From Psammoneis japonica (Eukaryota): a DNA stretch of 37,282 nucleotides. The position numbers and the translations under genes were made by a program. Below, in pieces: positions 21,870 to 33,244 of this stretch (positions are counted from its first letter, which is position 1; each line of letters opens with the position of its first letter). The notes under the pieces were generated by a model. It had not been told where the DNA came from, ran no database searches, and saw nothing but the letters and a program-made list of their open reading frames with translations. The stretch is from positions 106,183-143,464 of the forward strand of contig QPGO01000189.1 in the NCBI GenBank assembly GCA_008632985.1, read 5' to 3'.

Positions 21870-22456
21870 ATGTGTCAATAGAAAATGTCCGAGAAAGTTT
21901 GTCTGGAAACATATATCCAAATTTCTCTCCGATTGTCCGTCTCCGTTGGTTCCCGCATTGTTTACCAATGCATCAATTTTGCTGTATCGACCAAGTACGA
22001 CTTTGGAAAATTCTCGAACCGAATCAAAGCTGCCGAGATCAAGCGGATGAACAAAGACGGCGTCACCTGCATGCTCTCCGGTGCAGGCTTGTTGAATGTG
22101 TTGAACCGCCTTTATTCCCTTTTCACGAGATCGACAAGCGAGCATAACCTCGTACCCTCTCTCCACAAGCGCCTTGGACGTTTCAAACCCAATGCCCGTT
22201 TTGGAACCCGTAACGATTACCACTTTTTTGCTCGTCACGGGTACAAACGGCACTTGCCTAGGTTCCAATAGTAGGGATGGAAAGGGGCATGCAAGGTGTG
22301 CTGCCGCCGAGTAAAGAACGGCAAGCGGGGAAAAACTGTGGAGAATAACGCGTTCGAATAAAACGGCGACGCTACTGCCGTCGATGGGATCATTGTGTAA
22401 GAGATCAACAGACCGAGTAAAGCTGACGACAAGGGAAACAACCGCAACGGCGACAT
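21870..22456 (-). pseudogene. 3'-truncated short-chain dehydrogenase (retinol dehydrogenase-like)
   Basis: Signal-peptide-like start, [48 protein letters not shown], then homology stops with no YxxxK; frameshift near 22270. Confidence 0.8.
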
Positions 22457-22748
22457 GACTTCTCCATGCCCGCGGTATCTTATGACGTGTCGTGTCGGAG
22501 GGAAAAATTCAAAAAAAAAAAGAGAAATCAAAAATTTCGAAAAAATGATGGGCAGAGGAGGTTGCCCGCGCAAAAGTCATAGCCAGACTGACTCACAAAG
22601 GTGCCGAAGAGACAAGACACCGACCAGCGACCAGGTGTTGTTTGTTATTACTTCTTCTCTTTGTTGTTTGTGGAGGCCAACCCTACCAACATATCGGTGT
22701 GCAGTATCCTTATTGTCACAGTTGTACCTCATCTCATCATAGTCTACA

Positions 22749-23368
22749 ATGGTGTGCATTCGAATGGCAACGGTGGATGATTTGCTGCAAATGCAAACCA
22801 CCAATCTTTGGTGTTTGCCAGAGAATTATCAAATGAAGTACTTTTATCACTTGCTAAGTTGGCCACAATTGCTATGGGTTGCCGAAGACTTTGACGGAAA
22901 AATTGTCGGATATGTATTGGCGAAAATGGAAGAAGATGAAAAGCAACCTCGTCATGGTGAGTTTTGAAGAAGTGTGCGAATCAAACGATGCGGTTGGTAT
23001 CTGTGCTTGCTATCATGCGCTGCTGTTTACTAAACATCTGTTTTTCAGGCCACATTACGTCTCTGTCTGTACTCCGGACTCACCGTAAACGTGGTATTGC
23101 CACTGCCTTGATGAGACGGTCTCAATTGGAAATGGAAGAAGTCTTTGAGGCAGGGTACGCGAGTCTCCATGTCCGTGAATCCAACCGTGCCGCCATTCAC
23201 CTTTACAACAAGACACTTCAATACGAAATCAATGATGTTGACAAGGGATATTATGCGGATGGAGAAGATGCGTATGATATGCGTTGTACCTTTGAGAAGA
23301 ATAAAAAACAAGACGGAGTAAAGGAGATTACCAAGGGCGTTGAAAAACAGGTGAAGGTGTCCGCCTAG
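22749..23368 (+). CDS. NAA10: N-alpha-acetyltransferase 10 (NatA catalytic subunit, ARD1); exons 22749-22956 and 23049-23368
   Basis: [87 protein letters not shown]...TTTCAG intron joins the frames. Confidence 0.95.
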
Positions 23369-23426
23369 AGATAGCATTCCCATCATTAAACTTTGTCCTT
23401 TATCTGCACAATCTATCTACACTTTT

Positions 23427-24493
23427 TTATTCGTCTTCTTCCCAATCTTCAAAGTCCACCACTTTGCTTGCGGCCTCTTGGCGAAAGGCCGTCAATCCAG
23501 ACGTGTTTTCTAGAAAGGTTCCATCAATCGACTCGCAAGTTTTTTCGACCAACCCCATCTTGTCCTCGCGATAGGCATTGACAATGGGACTGGAGCACGC
23601 TGTACAGTGTTCAAAAGCGGGTACCGTGGGTGTCATCATTGTGTAGCTCACCAGCGATCCACGAATCTGATGGGGAATAATGCCCAGCGGTGACGCTGCT
23701 TCCTCGCTCGACACGGTGGGAGCATAGTTACTCGAGGTTGCATTGGAAGGAGCCGGTGCTCCGTATCCTTGAGGGTGATGCAAAAGAGCAATGAATAGTT
23801 CAACAGCCATGGAACTTGCCACGGGCGCTAGTCCTGGCCTCGTCACGGTACATTGTTGATCCAACGTTCGATTCTTCATGGAGTTTTCAGGTGCCACGAC
23901 ATGTTGCAAAAGTAGCAGCCCAATCGATGTTGTTCGGAGCTGCCGCCACCAGGATTCTCTTGTGTCTGTCACAGTTAAAAGACCACGTCACAGTCCTGAA
24001 CCATTTGATCCAGATTCTCCACGGTCTCTTCCATGACGGCTCGATCCGATTCTACATGACCCGGCATTGGAATAGACAACACCTTGCCCTCACTCGAAAC
24101 ATTTGCCGCGATCAAGTGAAGTGCTTCAGCGGCAGCAACTGCCTTTGGACGACCTCCGCTGCCTGTCGTGGTGGTGGATGCCTTGTCGTCGCCATCACAA
24201 CGACAATCTTGTAGTGTAGAGAGATTCTGTCAGACTGGATTGGAGTACCTCACTCGACCATAATGGACAAACTTTAACTCACGTATCCCACCCCAACAAG
24301 ATTCGAGCAAAACACGGCATCCAAGCGTACCGGCACCCAGCAAGAGTGCCTTGGTCGATTGCAGCAATTCCAAATTGAGAGTGGGAATCATTTGCCACTT
24401 CATCAATTTGAGATTCAAATCAGCCGCTTGAATGGCAAGGTGCGTTTCGTCCAGTGGCGGACGCAAGTTGGGCCACCATGGTCCTGGTTTGGA
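23427..24493 (-). pseudogene. ATG7: ATG7 3'-half copy, 5'-truncated, with an internal deletion of about 89 bp and frameshifts
   Basis: Aligns to 31146-32299; deletion between GCCACC direct repeats at about 23950; ends abruptly against Copia RNase H at 24493. Confidence 0.92.
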
Positions 24494-24902
24494 GCTCTGT
24501 GGGCTGCGATGCGCGACCTGATTCAGATTCATGAAATTTTGAAGGAATTCAATAAGCGTCACTGTTTTCGGACTCAAGGACTGCAAGACCCCCGTCACTG
24601 CCGAGTCCAAGGCCTTTTCTTATGTAAAGGACGGCACGATCCCCTCTTCGGCAGTTTACGAAGATAATCAGGCGTGCCTCAAGTTTGCGAAAATGGCTGA
24701 GTTGTCTCCACGCACCAAGCACATTGGCATTCCCTGTCATTGGTTCCATGCCAAGGTCGAGGCTCTTGAGACCCAGATTGAACCTGTGGGAACTGATTCC
24801 CAGCCAGCTGATCAATTTACTAAGGGACTTATTGTTGCTGACAAGTTTGCATCTGGTCGGTTGAGTCTCTCAGGCTGGCAGCTCTGCGGTTGAGCGAGAG
24901 GA
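24494..24902 (+). mobile_element. Duplicated Copia B RNase H end plus PPT
   Basis: AVYEDNQACLKFA, RTKHIGIPCHWF, ADQFTKGL; aligns to 14987-15388 and is less mutated. Confidence 0.9.
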
Positions 24903-25655
24903 GAGTTGACGTTTGTCATTCTGCCTGTTGACTGCGTGCAATCGCACGCTCCAATTTCAAGTTCCAACATCAATGTCTCTGATGGATGTTGCAGTCATGG
25001 TTTTTAGTCAACAGCTTTTGCAACACCAACAGCTGCTAGTTTACAACCTAGAGCATCAGCTCTTTTGACATCCACAGTTGTGCATCGGCGCAACAAGTTG
25101 GGGGACGTCTTTGGAAGTGAGAGTGTCGAAAAAAGTCTGTGCACCAGTGCGCTTGGAGCACAAAAATTCCAAGACGAGACCAAAAATTTGATGCCGACAA
25201 TGATGGCAAAAGACAACTCCCAGGGGGTTCCATTTTGTAGACTGCAACGCATTCAACGCCTTTTGTTGACACCTTCATGACTGTTGCAAGTGATGATGAA
25301 AAAATCTCACTGAGAATTGGGGCGAAATGCGGTGTTTCTCACTTCTTGACAATGAGTGGCTGCAAGCTTGGTGACTCTTTGCCATCACTCACTGCCCTCT
25401 TGTTTGCTTTTCCATTCTCTGGAGACATTGCCACTTGTTTGTCTTTGACTCCAGGTGGGTCCATGCTGGTGGGAAACCACACTTCGCACCGCTCTGATTT
25501 GACTCACAGTGGAAAATGAGAAGTGAGCATCCTTTTGCTCAAGTTCACATCCAAACATGCTCTCCTGAACACAAAAACAGTGGACCAATGGATCTCCTTT
25601 GTAATCTCATAACTTGGTTGAAACCTGATCTAGATTTCCCTTGTGCCGCTGATTT

Positions 25656-27326
25656 TTGGAGAGCCATGGAGCCCAAGAAGAATTCAAACAGGAGCTTGTG
25701 CAATGCAGAACCACAATGCAAGACTCAGTTCTCAGTTCTGCAAGGTGTTGGTTGCCAGCCAAGGCAACTCAGAATGGCACCATTCCTCATGAGCTTGACC
25801 ACAATGAGGATGAGTTTGGCTTTGATGTTTCTTCTTGCTCTGTCGAGTGCACGGGTGCGCAGCTGTTGAGACATGCTCTGACAAGGTTGCTGAAAACCAA
25901 GCAGGCTCTGACATTCTGGAGAGGAAGTGCTTTGCATTGTTCTGCCTTTGTGCCAGCAATTTCTGCAACAAGTGCTCCCCCAAAGTGACACAATTCTGAA
26001 TGCAGAGAGCACATTTTAGAGTTGGGCAAACACCTCGGGGCAGTCACCAAGTTCAACAAAGAATGCATGGATGACATTTGCGGATGCTGTGCCCACTGCA
26101 TGCAGGCTGTTGAAGATTAAGAAGCCACAGCTGCAGATCAAGATGCTAAAGATGGACACAACTGTGGTGACACATGTGGTGATGATGGCAAGCACAAGCT
26201 TGAAAAAGATGCCCAAGATCACAAAGCACAAGATGAAGCTGAGGCCGATGCCGCAGAGAAGGAAGAACCGGCCTGTGATCACATTGATGAATGTCAAGGT
26301 CGCTGCAATGAATGCATCAGGTGGTGCCACAATGAAGCCATGGATGTGGGCAATTTCATGGAACATGTGGAAATTGACTTTGGTGATGCTGACAACTGTG
26401 GCCCAGTGCACCACATGGCATCCCATTGCAATGGTGGTTCTGAAGTCACCATTGAAGTCTTCTCTGATCAACATTGCTCCAACCATTGGAGACAAAGTGT
26501 CCCTTCACAGGAACTCACTGGAGTGCAGTTCAATGCAACCAACTCTGTCTCTTGCAACAAAGATGAGTGTGTCTCCTGTCTTGACAATGAAGAAGGGGCA
26601 CATTTGTCATCTTTGATTGCCTTCCATTTGCTTTGTGTTTCATTCAATCGCTTTCTGCTTGAAGAATTGAAGCTCGCCTTTGCCCCTTCTTTTGTTTTGT
26701 GCAAAGCAATTTTGGCATGGCTGGGATGAAGAACAAGATGAAAACAACAACAATGACACCACCACCACAACAGCAACCAGAACAACGGTCATGACAAATC
26801 TAAAGTTTTAGAGGTTTGCCATGAGCTCTGTGAGCAGAGTGCAAAGTGTCAACAGAGCCTTGTCTTTGACACCAGCTGCGCCAGTTGTCAGGTGAGCAAT
26901 TGTCTGTGAACTGCAATTTGCATCATTGTTCTCGACTTTTCACCTCAATGACTTGCATCTCTTGTTCCAATTTCACAGACCGCTGTCCAGAAGGCCAATT
27001 GAGAGCAAGTCTGCCAACTGCACGACAACCTTGAAGAAAGGAGCTCACAATGAAAGGGCAAGATTGTTGTTGGTTGGAATCACCCACTTCACATTTCTGA
27101 TTGGAACAACAAACAAGCTTGCTTTGATGAGTTCTCCTGTGTCAAGGAGCAGGTGTCAAAAGTGACTCCCGGCTGTGTTGCTGCCCTTGTCTTCTTTGGA
27201 GTTGGCAGCTTGGCACTGTGGGTCATGGCGTGTGTCATTCGCGCTCAGCTTGCCAACAAGAACATGCCTTGGAGACCTTGCAGAGGAAAGTGCACTGACC
27301 CAATGACCATCATGAGGCAGACCTCT
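25656..27326 (+). pseudogene. Decayed silicanin-1-like gene, copy 2
   Basis: Colinear with 16142-17810; independent TG/CA substitutions and frameshifts. Confidence 0.6.
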
Positions 27327-27724
27327 GCCACAGCTACACCCGCATGGAAGCATTGCATCATCAATGGGAGCATGACTCCACGAAGCTTCGCGCTGTGCCC
27401 CGCCATGCAACAACCATCAAAGTGTGCTCAACTGCCCCGATTCTCGGCGAGATGTTTTCATCATCACTTGTAACAGGTATGAAGGCTTCAATAAAAGGCG
27501 TTGAATACATTGTAGTCTACAAAATAGAAGCCCCCGGGAGCCGTCTTTTGCCATCATCGTCGGCATCAAATTTCGAGTGTCTCGGAATTTATACCTCAAA
27601 CGCACTGGCGTACAGACTTTTTTCGGCATTCTCACGCCACGCACTACTGTACACACACTTCCATCCTCCCTCCAAAGACGTTCCCCAAACGCAGTGAAAG
27701 TCGAGATTTCTGCGGGTCAACACC

Positions 27725-30365
27725 ATGACGATCGTTGTTTGGTACAAGCTTCTTGACCTCGCATCATCGGTGGATTACGTATCATTGGAAGATGGCGATA
27801 TTACACGTACTGTGGCAAATCTGAGGGTAAAAATCAAGGAGAAGTCAGCAAATGCGTTGAAGAACACTGATGCTTCAGAACTCCAGGTCTTCGCTGCGGG
27901 TGCAGATCCGAACAAAGACAAGCCTCTCAAGCCTTACAAGCCCGTTCCAAGTGATACGACGGGTCCAAACCCTCTTATTGTAAAAGCTCTGCTGGACCAC
28001 CAACCTCCGTGGCAACAGCAGGGAGAAGGTTAGTTTAACTGCTGCTTGTACTTGTACTCTAATGTTCAATCACACCTACGCTTTCAACTCCATATGAGTC
28101 TAACACTGTGACTCGTGCAGCGTCACTGCAGAACCCCTTCAAGACACCAGCTGCCACACCCCGGAATGGACAGAATACACAGGAATCTCCAGGTGTCCAT
28201 GGTTCTGATAGAGATCTTCTGACCGCGGCGAGTCTATCGCAGCAGCAGCAGCAACAACAACAAAATTCACTCACGGTTCTATTCGACAAATTCCCGGCGC
28301 TAAAGGTTTCTGAATCTGATGAATCAGCTACTCCCTTGCCGTTCGTGAACCGCGAGGCAGAATGCGAGCAACTTGCCACGGTCTTACTTGCGAATTACAA
28401 GAAGCGGAAGAGAAACCGAACAACGACAACTGGTTCACAATCTCAATACCGACTCAGTCTAGCAACATCAGCGCAGATGTTTGGCGCCGGGAAATCAACT
28501 TTCGGGGCAAATTTTCTGCCTCGCTTATATAAGTTGTGTTCTCAAGATNNNNNNNNNNNNNNNNNNNNNNNNNNNNNNNNNNNNNNNNNNNNNNNNNNNN
28601 NNNNNNNNNNNNNNNNNNNNNNNNNNNNNNNNNNNNNNNNNNNNNNNNNNNNNNNNNNNNNNNNNNNNNNNNNNNNNNNNNNNNNNNNNNNNNNNNNNNN
28701 NNNNNNNNNNNNNNNNNNNNNNNNNNNNNNNNNNNNNNNNNNNNNNNNNNNNNNNNNNNNNNNNNNNNNNNNNNNNNNNNNNNNNNNNNNNNNNNNNNNN
28801 NNNNNNNNNNNNNNNNNNNNNNNNNNNNNNNNNNNNNNNNNNNNNNNNNNNNNNNNNNNNNNNNNNNNNNNNNNNNNNNNNNNNNNNNNNNNNNNNNNNN
28901 NNNNNNNNNNNNNNNNNNNNNNNNNNNNNNNNNNNNNNNNNNNNNNNNNNNNNNNNNNNNNNNNNNNNNNNNNNNNNNNNNNNNNNNNNNNNNNNNNNNN
29001 NNNNNNNNNNNNNNNNNNNNNNNNNNNNNNNNNNNNNNNNNNNNNNNNNNNNNNNNNNNNNNNNNNNNNNNNNNNNNNNNNNNNNNNNNNNNNNNNNNNN
29101 NNNNNNNNNNNNNNNNNNNNNNNNNNNNNNNNNNNNNNNNNNNNNNNNNNNNNNNNNNNNNNNNNNNNNNNNNNNNNNNNNNNNNNNNNNNNNNNNNNNN
29201 NNNNNNNNNNNNNNNNNNNNNNNNNNNNNNNNNNNNNNNNNNNNNCTTTCTTGCAAGACTCGCGGCCGTTCGTCCAATATCTGGAAGAAAATGCTAGGGC
29301 GGAGTTGAATCCGCTTTGTGGGATGAAGGAAAAACAGAAAGAGTTCTTTGTGGAATTGATTCGAGTTGCCGCCCTGTGTCTCCCTCTATGTCTCAGCACA
29401 ACCATCGAAGGGCGGTTCTGGGGATTTGAAGGGGACGTCATGACGCTGGAAGTGTGTAGCGCGTTTCCCTTGTACCTACAACGCTGGGATGCCGATTGCC
29501 ATTTTCTGGTCATACCCCCGGTCATCTTGGACAATGTTGCAGAGAAAAGTCCAGATCCGCGGCTTCCATTTTGGAGTTCGCTGTACAATGTATGCCCAAT
29601 TCAGGCGAAAGCACAGAGATCAGGCGACTTGCTAGAGACAATGGTACAGCACATTCTTCGCTTGCGTGTGAGCGAGGAGCTCCGTTTGGACCCTCGACCT
29701 TCGGCCAGTCCCTGCCCTTCTTGGAAGGATCTATCATCGGGAAGGACACATTCCGATACGTCGACTTCAAATCATTCCCCAAAATAACGACCGTTCCAAG
29801 ACCTGGAAAAACTGTCGCTGACTTGCGTAAGTTCTTCGACAACCCGTCTGCTGCTGGATTCAATGACGTCCACCCGGATGACCTTGCGAAAATAGTCGGC
29901 TTGTTTGAGAATGGAATCTTCTACGTTCCACGACCAATGTCTTCTTCTGGAGACCTGCTTTTCAGAACCGACCGTACGGATGCCATTGTCGAGATGCAGT
30001 TCAAGAACGGCAAGCAGGAGGTGAATTCGACCATGATGGCTAAAGAGCTGCAGAAGTCGTGTTGTCACGTCACTGAGAAGCAAGTAGTGTTTGTGATGGT
30101 CGCGCTGACAACGGACAAGACAAAACTACCAACGGGTACAGATGTTATCGACTTAAATGGGAATACAATTGCTTGGCGTTACGGCCATGGGGTGTCTTTC
30201 GGTGAAACTGTTGTCCCGTCAAATTTGGAAGTGATTGTTGTGCTTGAACCTGGTCTGGTATCATTCTTGACCGAAGCCAATGTTCAGATCCTTCGGAAAG
30301 ACGGATTGGATTTAAATGACATGGCTGAGGCGACGCGGTCACCTTCAAAGCGTCCTCTTGACTAG
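27725..30365 (+). CDS. Crinkler/CR-effector-like protein copy 2; exons 27725-28028 and 28121-30365; 1-bp frameshift near 29700 (real or error)
   Basis: Near-identical to copy 1 apart from the header; same intron (28029-28120); CGACCTTCGG versus CGACCTCTCGG in copy 1. Confidence 0.7.
28549..29245. other. Assembly gap
   Basis: Run of N. Confidence 1.
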
Positions 30366-30563
30366 TCAAAGCAAAAGGCAGATCTCTGTGCTGGAAAACA
30401 ATGAAAATGCCGCGCATCTAGCTTCTCAGTGTGGACTTTTTTTGTCGACTACTATGACACGTCGACCTCAAGAGAGAATCCCTTGAATGGAGCCAATCAG
30501 AAGAACGTTCTGGTGTCTGTGTCCCGAAGCTTGAATGTTGAACAATAATTACGCAGACTTGTT

Positions 30564-30768
30564 ATGTGTCAATAGAAAATGTCCGAGAAAGTTTGTCTGG
30601 AAACACATATCCAAATTTCTCTCCGATTGTCCGTCTCCATTGGTTCCCGCATTGTTTACCAATGCATCAATTTTGCTGTATCGACCAAGTACGATTTTGG
30701 AAAATTCTCGAACCGAATCAAAGCTGCCGAGATCAAGCGGATGGACAAAGACAGCCTCACCTGCATGC
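30564..30768 (-). pseudogene. Internal SDR fragment (duplicate of 21870-22073)
   Basis: [30 protein letters not shown]; both ends missing. Confidence 0.85.
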
Positions 30769-31085
30769 ACATTACGTCTCTGTCGGTACTCCGGACTCAC
30801 CGTAAATGTGGTATTGCCACTGCCTTGATGAGACGGTCTCAATTGGAAATGGAAGAAGTCTTTGAGGCAGAGTACGTGAGTCTCCACGTCCGTAAGTCCA
30901 ACCGTGCCGCCATTCACCTTTACAACAAGACGCTTCAATACGAAATCAATGATGTCGAAAAGGGATATTATGCGGATGGAGAGGATGCGTATGATATGCG
31001 TTGTACCTTTAAGAAGAACAAAAAACAAGACTGTGTAAAGGAGATTACCAAGGGCATGGAGAAACAGGTGAAGGTTTCCGCCTAG
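30768..31085 (+). pseudogene. NAA10: NAA10 exon-2-only remnant
   Basis: [17 protein letters not shown]...[11 protein letters not shown] fused to antisense SDR at CTGCATGC|ACATTACG; exon 1, intron and promoter deleted. Confidence 0.9.
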
Positions 31086-31145
31086 AGAGATAGTATTCCC
31101 ATCATTAAGCTTTGTCCTTTATCTGCACAATCTATCTACACTTAT

Positions 31146-33244
31146 TCATTCGTCTTCTTCCCAATCTTCAAAGTCCACCATTTTGCTTGCAGCCTCTTGG
31201 CGAAAGGCCGTCAATCCAGACGTGTTTTCTAGAAAGGTTCCATCAATCGACTCGCAAGTTTTTTCGACCAACCCCATCTTGTCCTCGCGATAGGCAGTGA
31301 CAATGGGACTGGAGCACGCTGTACAGTGCGCAAAAGCGGGTACCGTGGGTGTCATCATTGTGTAGCTCACCAGCGAACCACGAATCTGATGAGGAATAAT
31401 GCCCAGCGGTGATGCTGCTTCCTCGCTCGACACGGTAGGAGCATAGTTACTCGAGGTTGCATTGGAAGGAGCCGGTGCTCCGTACCCTTGAGGGTGATGT
31501 AAAAGAGCAATCAATAGTTCAACAGCCATGGAACTTGCCACAGGCGCCAGTCCTGGCCTCGTCACGGTACATTGTTGATCCAACGTTCGATTCTTCATGG
31601 AGTTTTCGGGAGCCACGACATCGTTGCAAAAGTAGCAGCCCAGTCGATGTTGTTCGGAGCTGCCGCCACCATGTCTCATAACGAGCCAACTGTCCAAACC
31701 AAGGGCGGCGTTGATGAGAATCTTGTTGTGAGCCGCCGCCATTACGGTCGGTAGCCACCGGGATTCTCTTGTGTCCGTCAGTAAAAAGACCACGTCACAG
31801 TCCTGAACCATTTGATCCAGATTCTCCACGGTCTCTTCCATGGCGGCTCGATCCGATTCTACATGACCCGGCATTGGAATAGACAATACCTTGCCCTCAC
31901 TCGAAACGTTTGCCGCAATGGAGTGAAGTGCTTCAGCAGCAGCAACTGCCTTTGGACGACTTCCGCTGCCTGCCGTGGTGGTGGATGCCTTGTCGTCACC
32001 GTCACTACGACAATCTTGCAGTGTAAAGAGATTCTGTCGGACAGGGTTGGAGTAGCTCACTCGACCATAATCGACAAACTTCAAATCACGTATACCCCAC
32101 CCCAACAAGATTCGAGCAACACTGCATCCAAGCGTACCGGCACCCAGCAAGAGTACCTTGGTCGATTGCAGCAATTCCAACTTGAGAGAGGGAATCATTC
32201 GCCACTTCATCAATTTGAGATTCAAATCAGACGCTTGAATGGCAAGGTGCGTTTCGTCTAGTAGCGGACGCAAGTTGACCCACCGTGGTCCTGGTTTGGA
32301 TCTTGCATTCAATTCCCACCCAACAACCTTGTAAGGCTGTTGATCCATGGACGACACGGCGTCATTGTGGTTGTAGTCCTCCTTGGACGGTACCATGGCA
32401 GTCAACAAGAGGCTTGTATTGTCGCCTTGAGGCTCGGGTAAACCGTCAATGCGACGAAACTTCCGGGGACGATAACTCACAATCTTGACCGTTTTCCCTC
32501 CCAAGTTTAAATGAATTGATAAAAAGGCCACCAAATTGCGCATGGGCCAGCCGAGTGGTAATGTTTTTGCAGTTTCAGAGGATGAGGATGCTGGATCCAT
32601 AAATCCAAAAAACACCTCCTCCTCCCCCTCCTCGCCTTTGAGACTTTCATACGATTCTTTAGTCAACGGTAGACACGAATTGTGCATCGCAATAAAGAAT
32701 GGAGGACATCCTGTTTCACTCTCCAATCGCATCTTATCAATCTGGATCGCAAGATTCTGACATTTTTCTCGAGACCAACAGTTAGAGAGAAAATCTTGTT
32801 GCACAGCAGAAATCGGGTTCGACGGCAGGAGAGATGGCATGGCAAACCAATACAAGTTCTTGTGATTCTTCAAGTCGGCATATACCAACAGCACAAAGGA
32901 ATTCAAGTCTCCCTTGGCAAAGAGAGGAGCGTAGACACGCTGCAACAGCTCATTTTTGTTTTGCTTTGAAAACTTTCAACCGTATTGAATCCCATCAAAG
33001 TCCCTTGGTGTACACGAGCTCATTCTTGTAATCAGGAGAAAGAAGCGAAGATTCTTGTAGCTGCAAGCGCGGCTGTGCCGCATCTTCTTCTAGAGCATAG
33101 TGAGCCGTGATGTTAAGCGCTTGTTCACTCAATCGAATCGTGTCGAGCTTTTCTTGACAATACCGCACCCATAACGAAGACTCCACCGTCGATGCAAACG
33201 GAAGGAACTTTAGTACCCACGGTTCTGTGGGATGATTCAGACAT
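31146..33244 (-). CDS. ATG7: Ubiquitin-like modifier-activating enzyme ATG7; three apparent 1-bp indels in the first 300 bp
   Basis: LKFLPFASTV, ADLK..YWFAMP, LGWPMRN, VGWELN, DLNLKLMKWR, LLLGAGTLGC, VSYSNPVRQ, LTDTRESRWLP, LGCYFCNDV, catalytic NRTLDQQCTVTRPG, PHQIRG. Start ATG at 33244; frame slips at short homopolymers near 33230, 33002 and 32966. Confidence 0.92.

Larger units (their letters stand above)
14987..24493 (+). repeat. Tandem segmental duplication, unit 1
   Basis: Same order as 24494-32299: Copia RNase H end, inverted repeat, silicanin-like pseudogene, CRN-like gene, SDR, NAA10, ATG7 3' half. Confidence 0.9.
24494..32299 (+). repeat. Tandem segmental duplication, unit 2
   Basis: Colinear with 14987-24493. 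Lacks the EEP fragment and about 980 bp spanning the SDR 5' end and NAA10 exon 1; carries about 27327-27535 that unit 1 lacks. Confidence 0.9.

Noticed and set aside
30579..31085. 168-aa chimeric ORF (antisense SDR + NAA10 exon 2) as a new fusion gene
   Set aside because: Explained by the deletion junction; lacks the N-terminal third of the GNAT fold, has R->C in the acetyl-CoA motif, and no evidence of expression.
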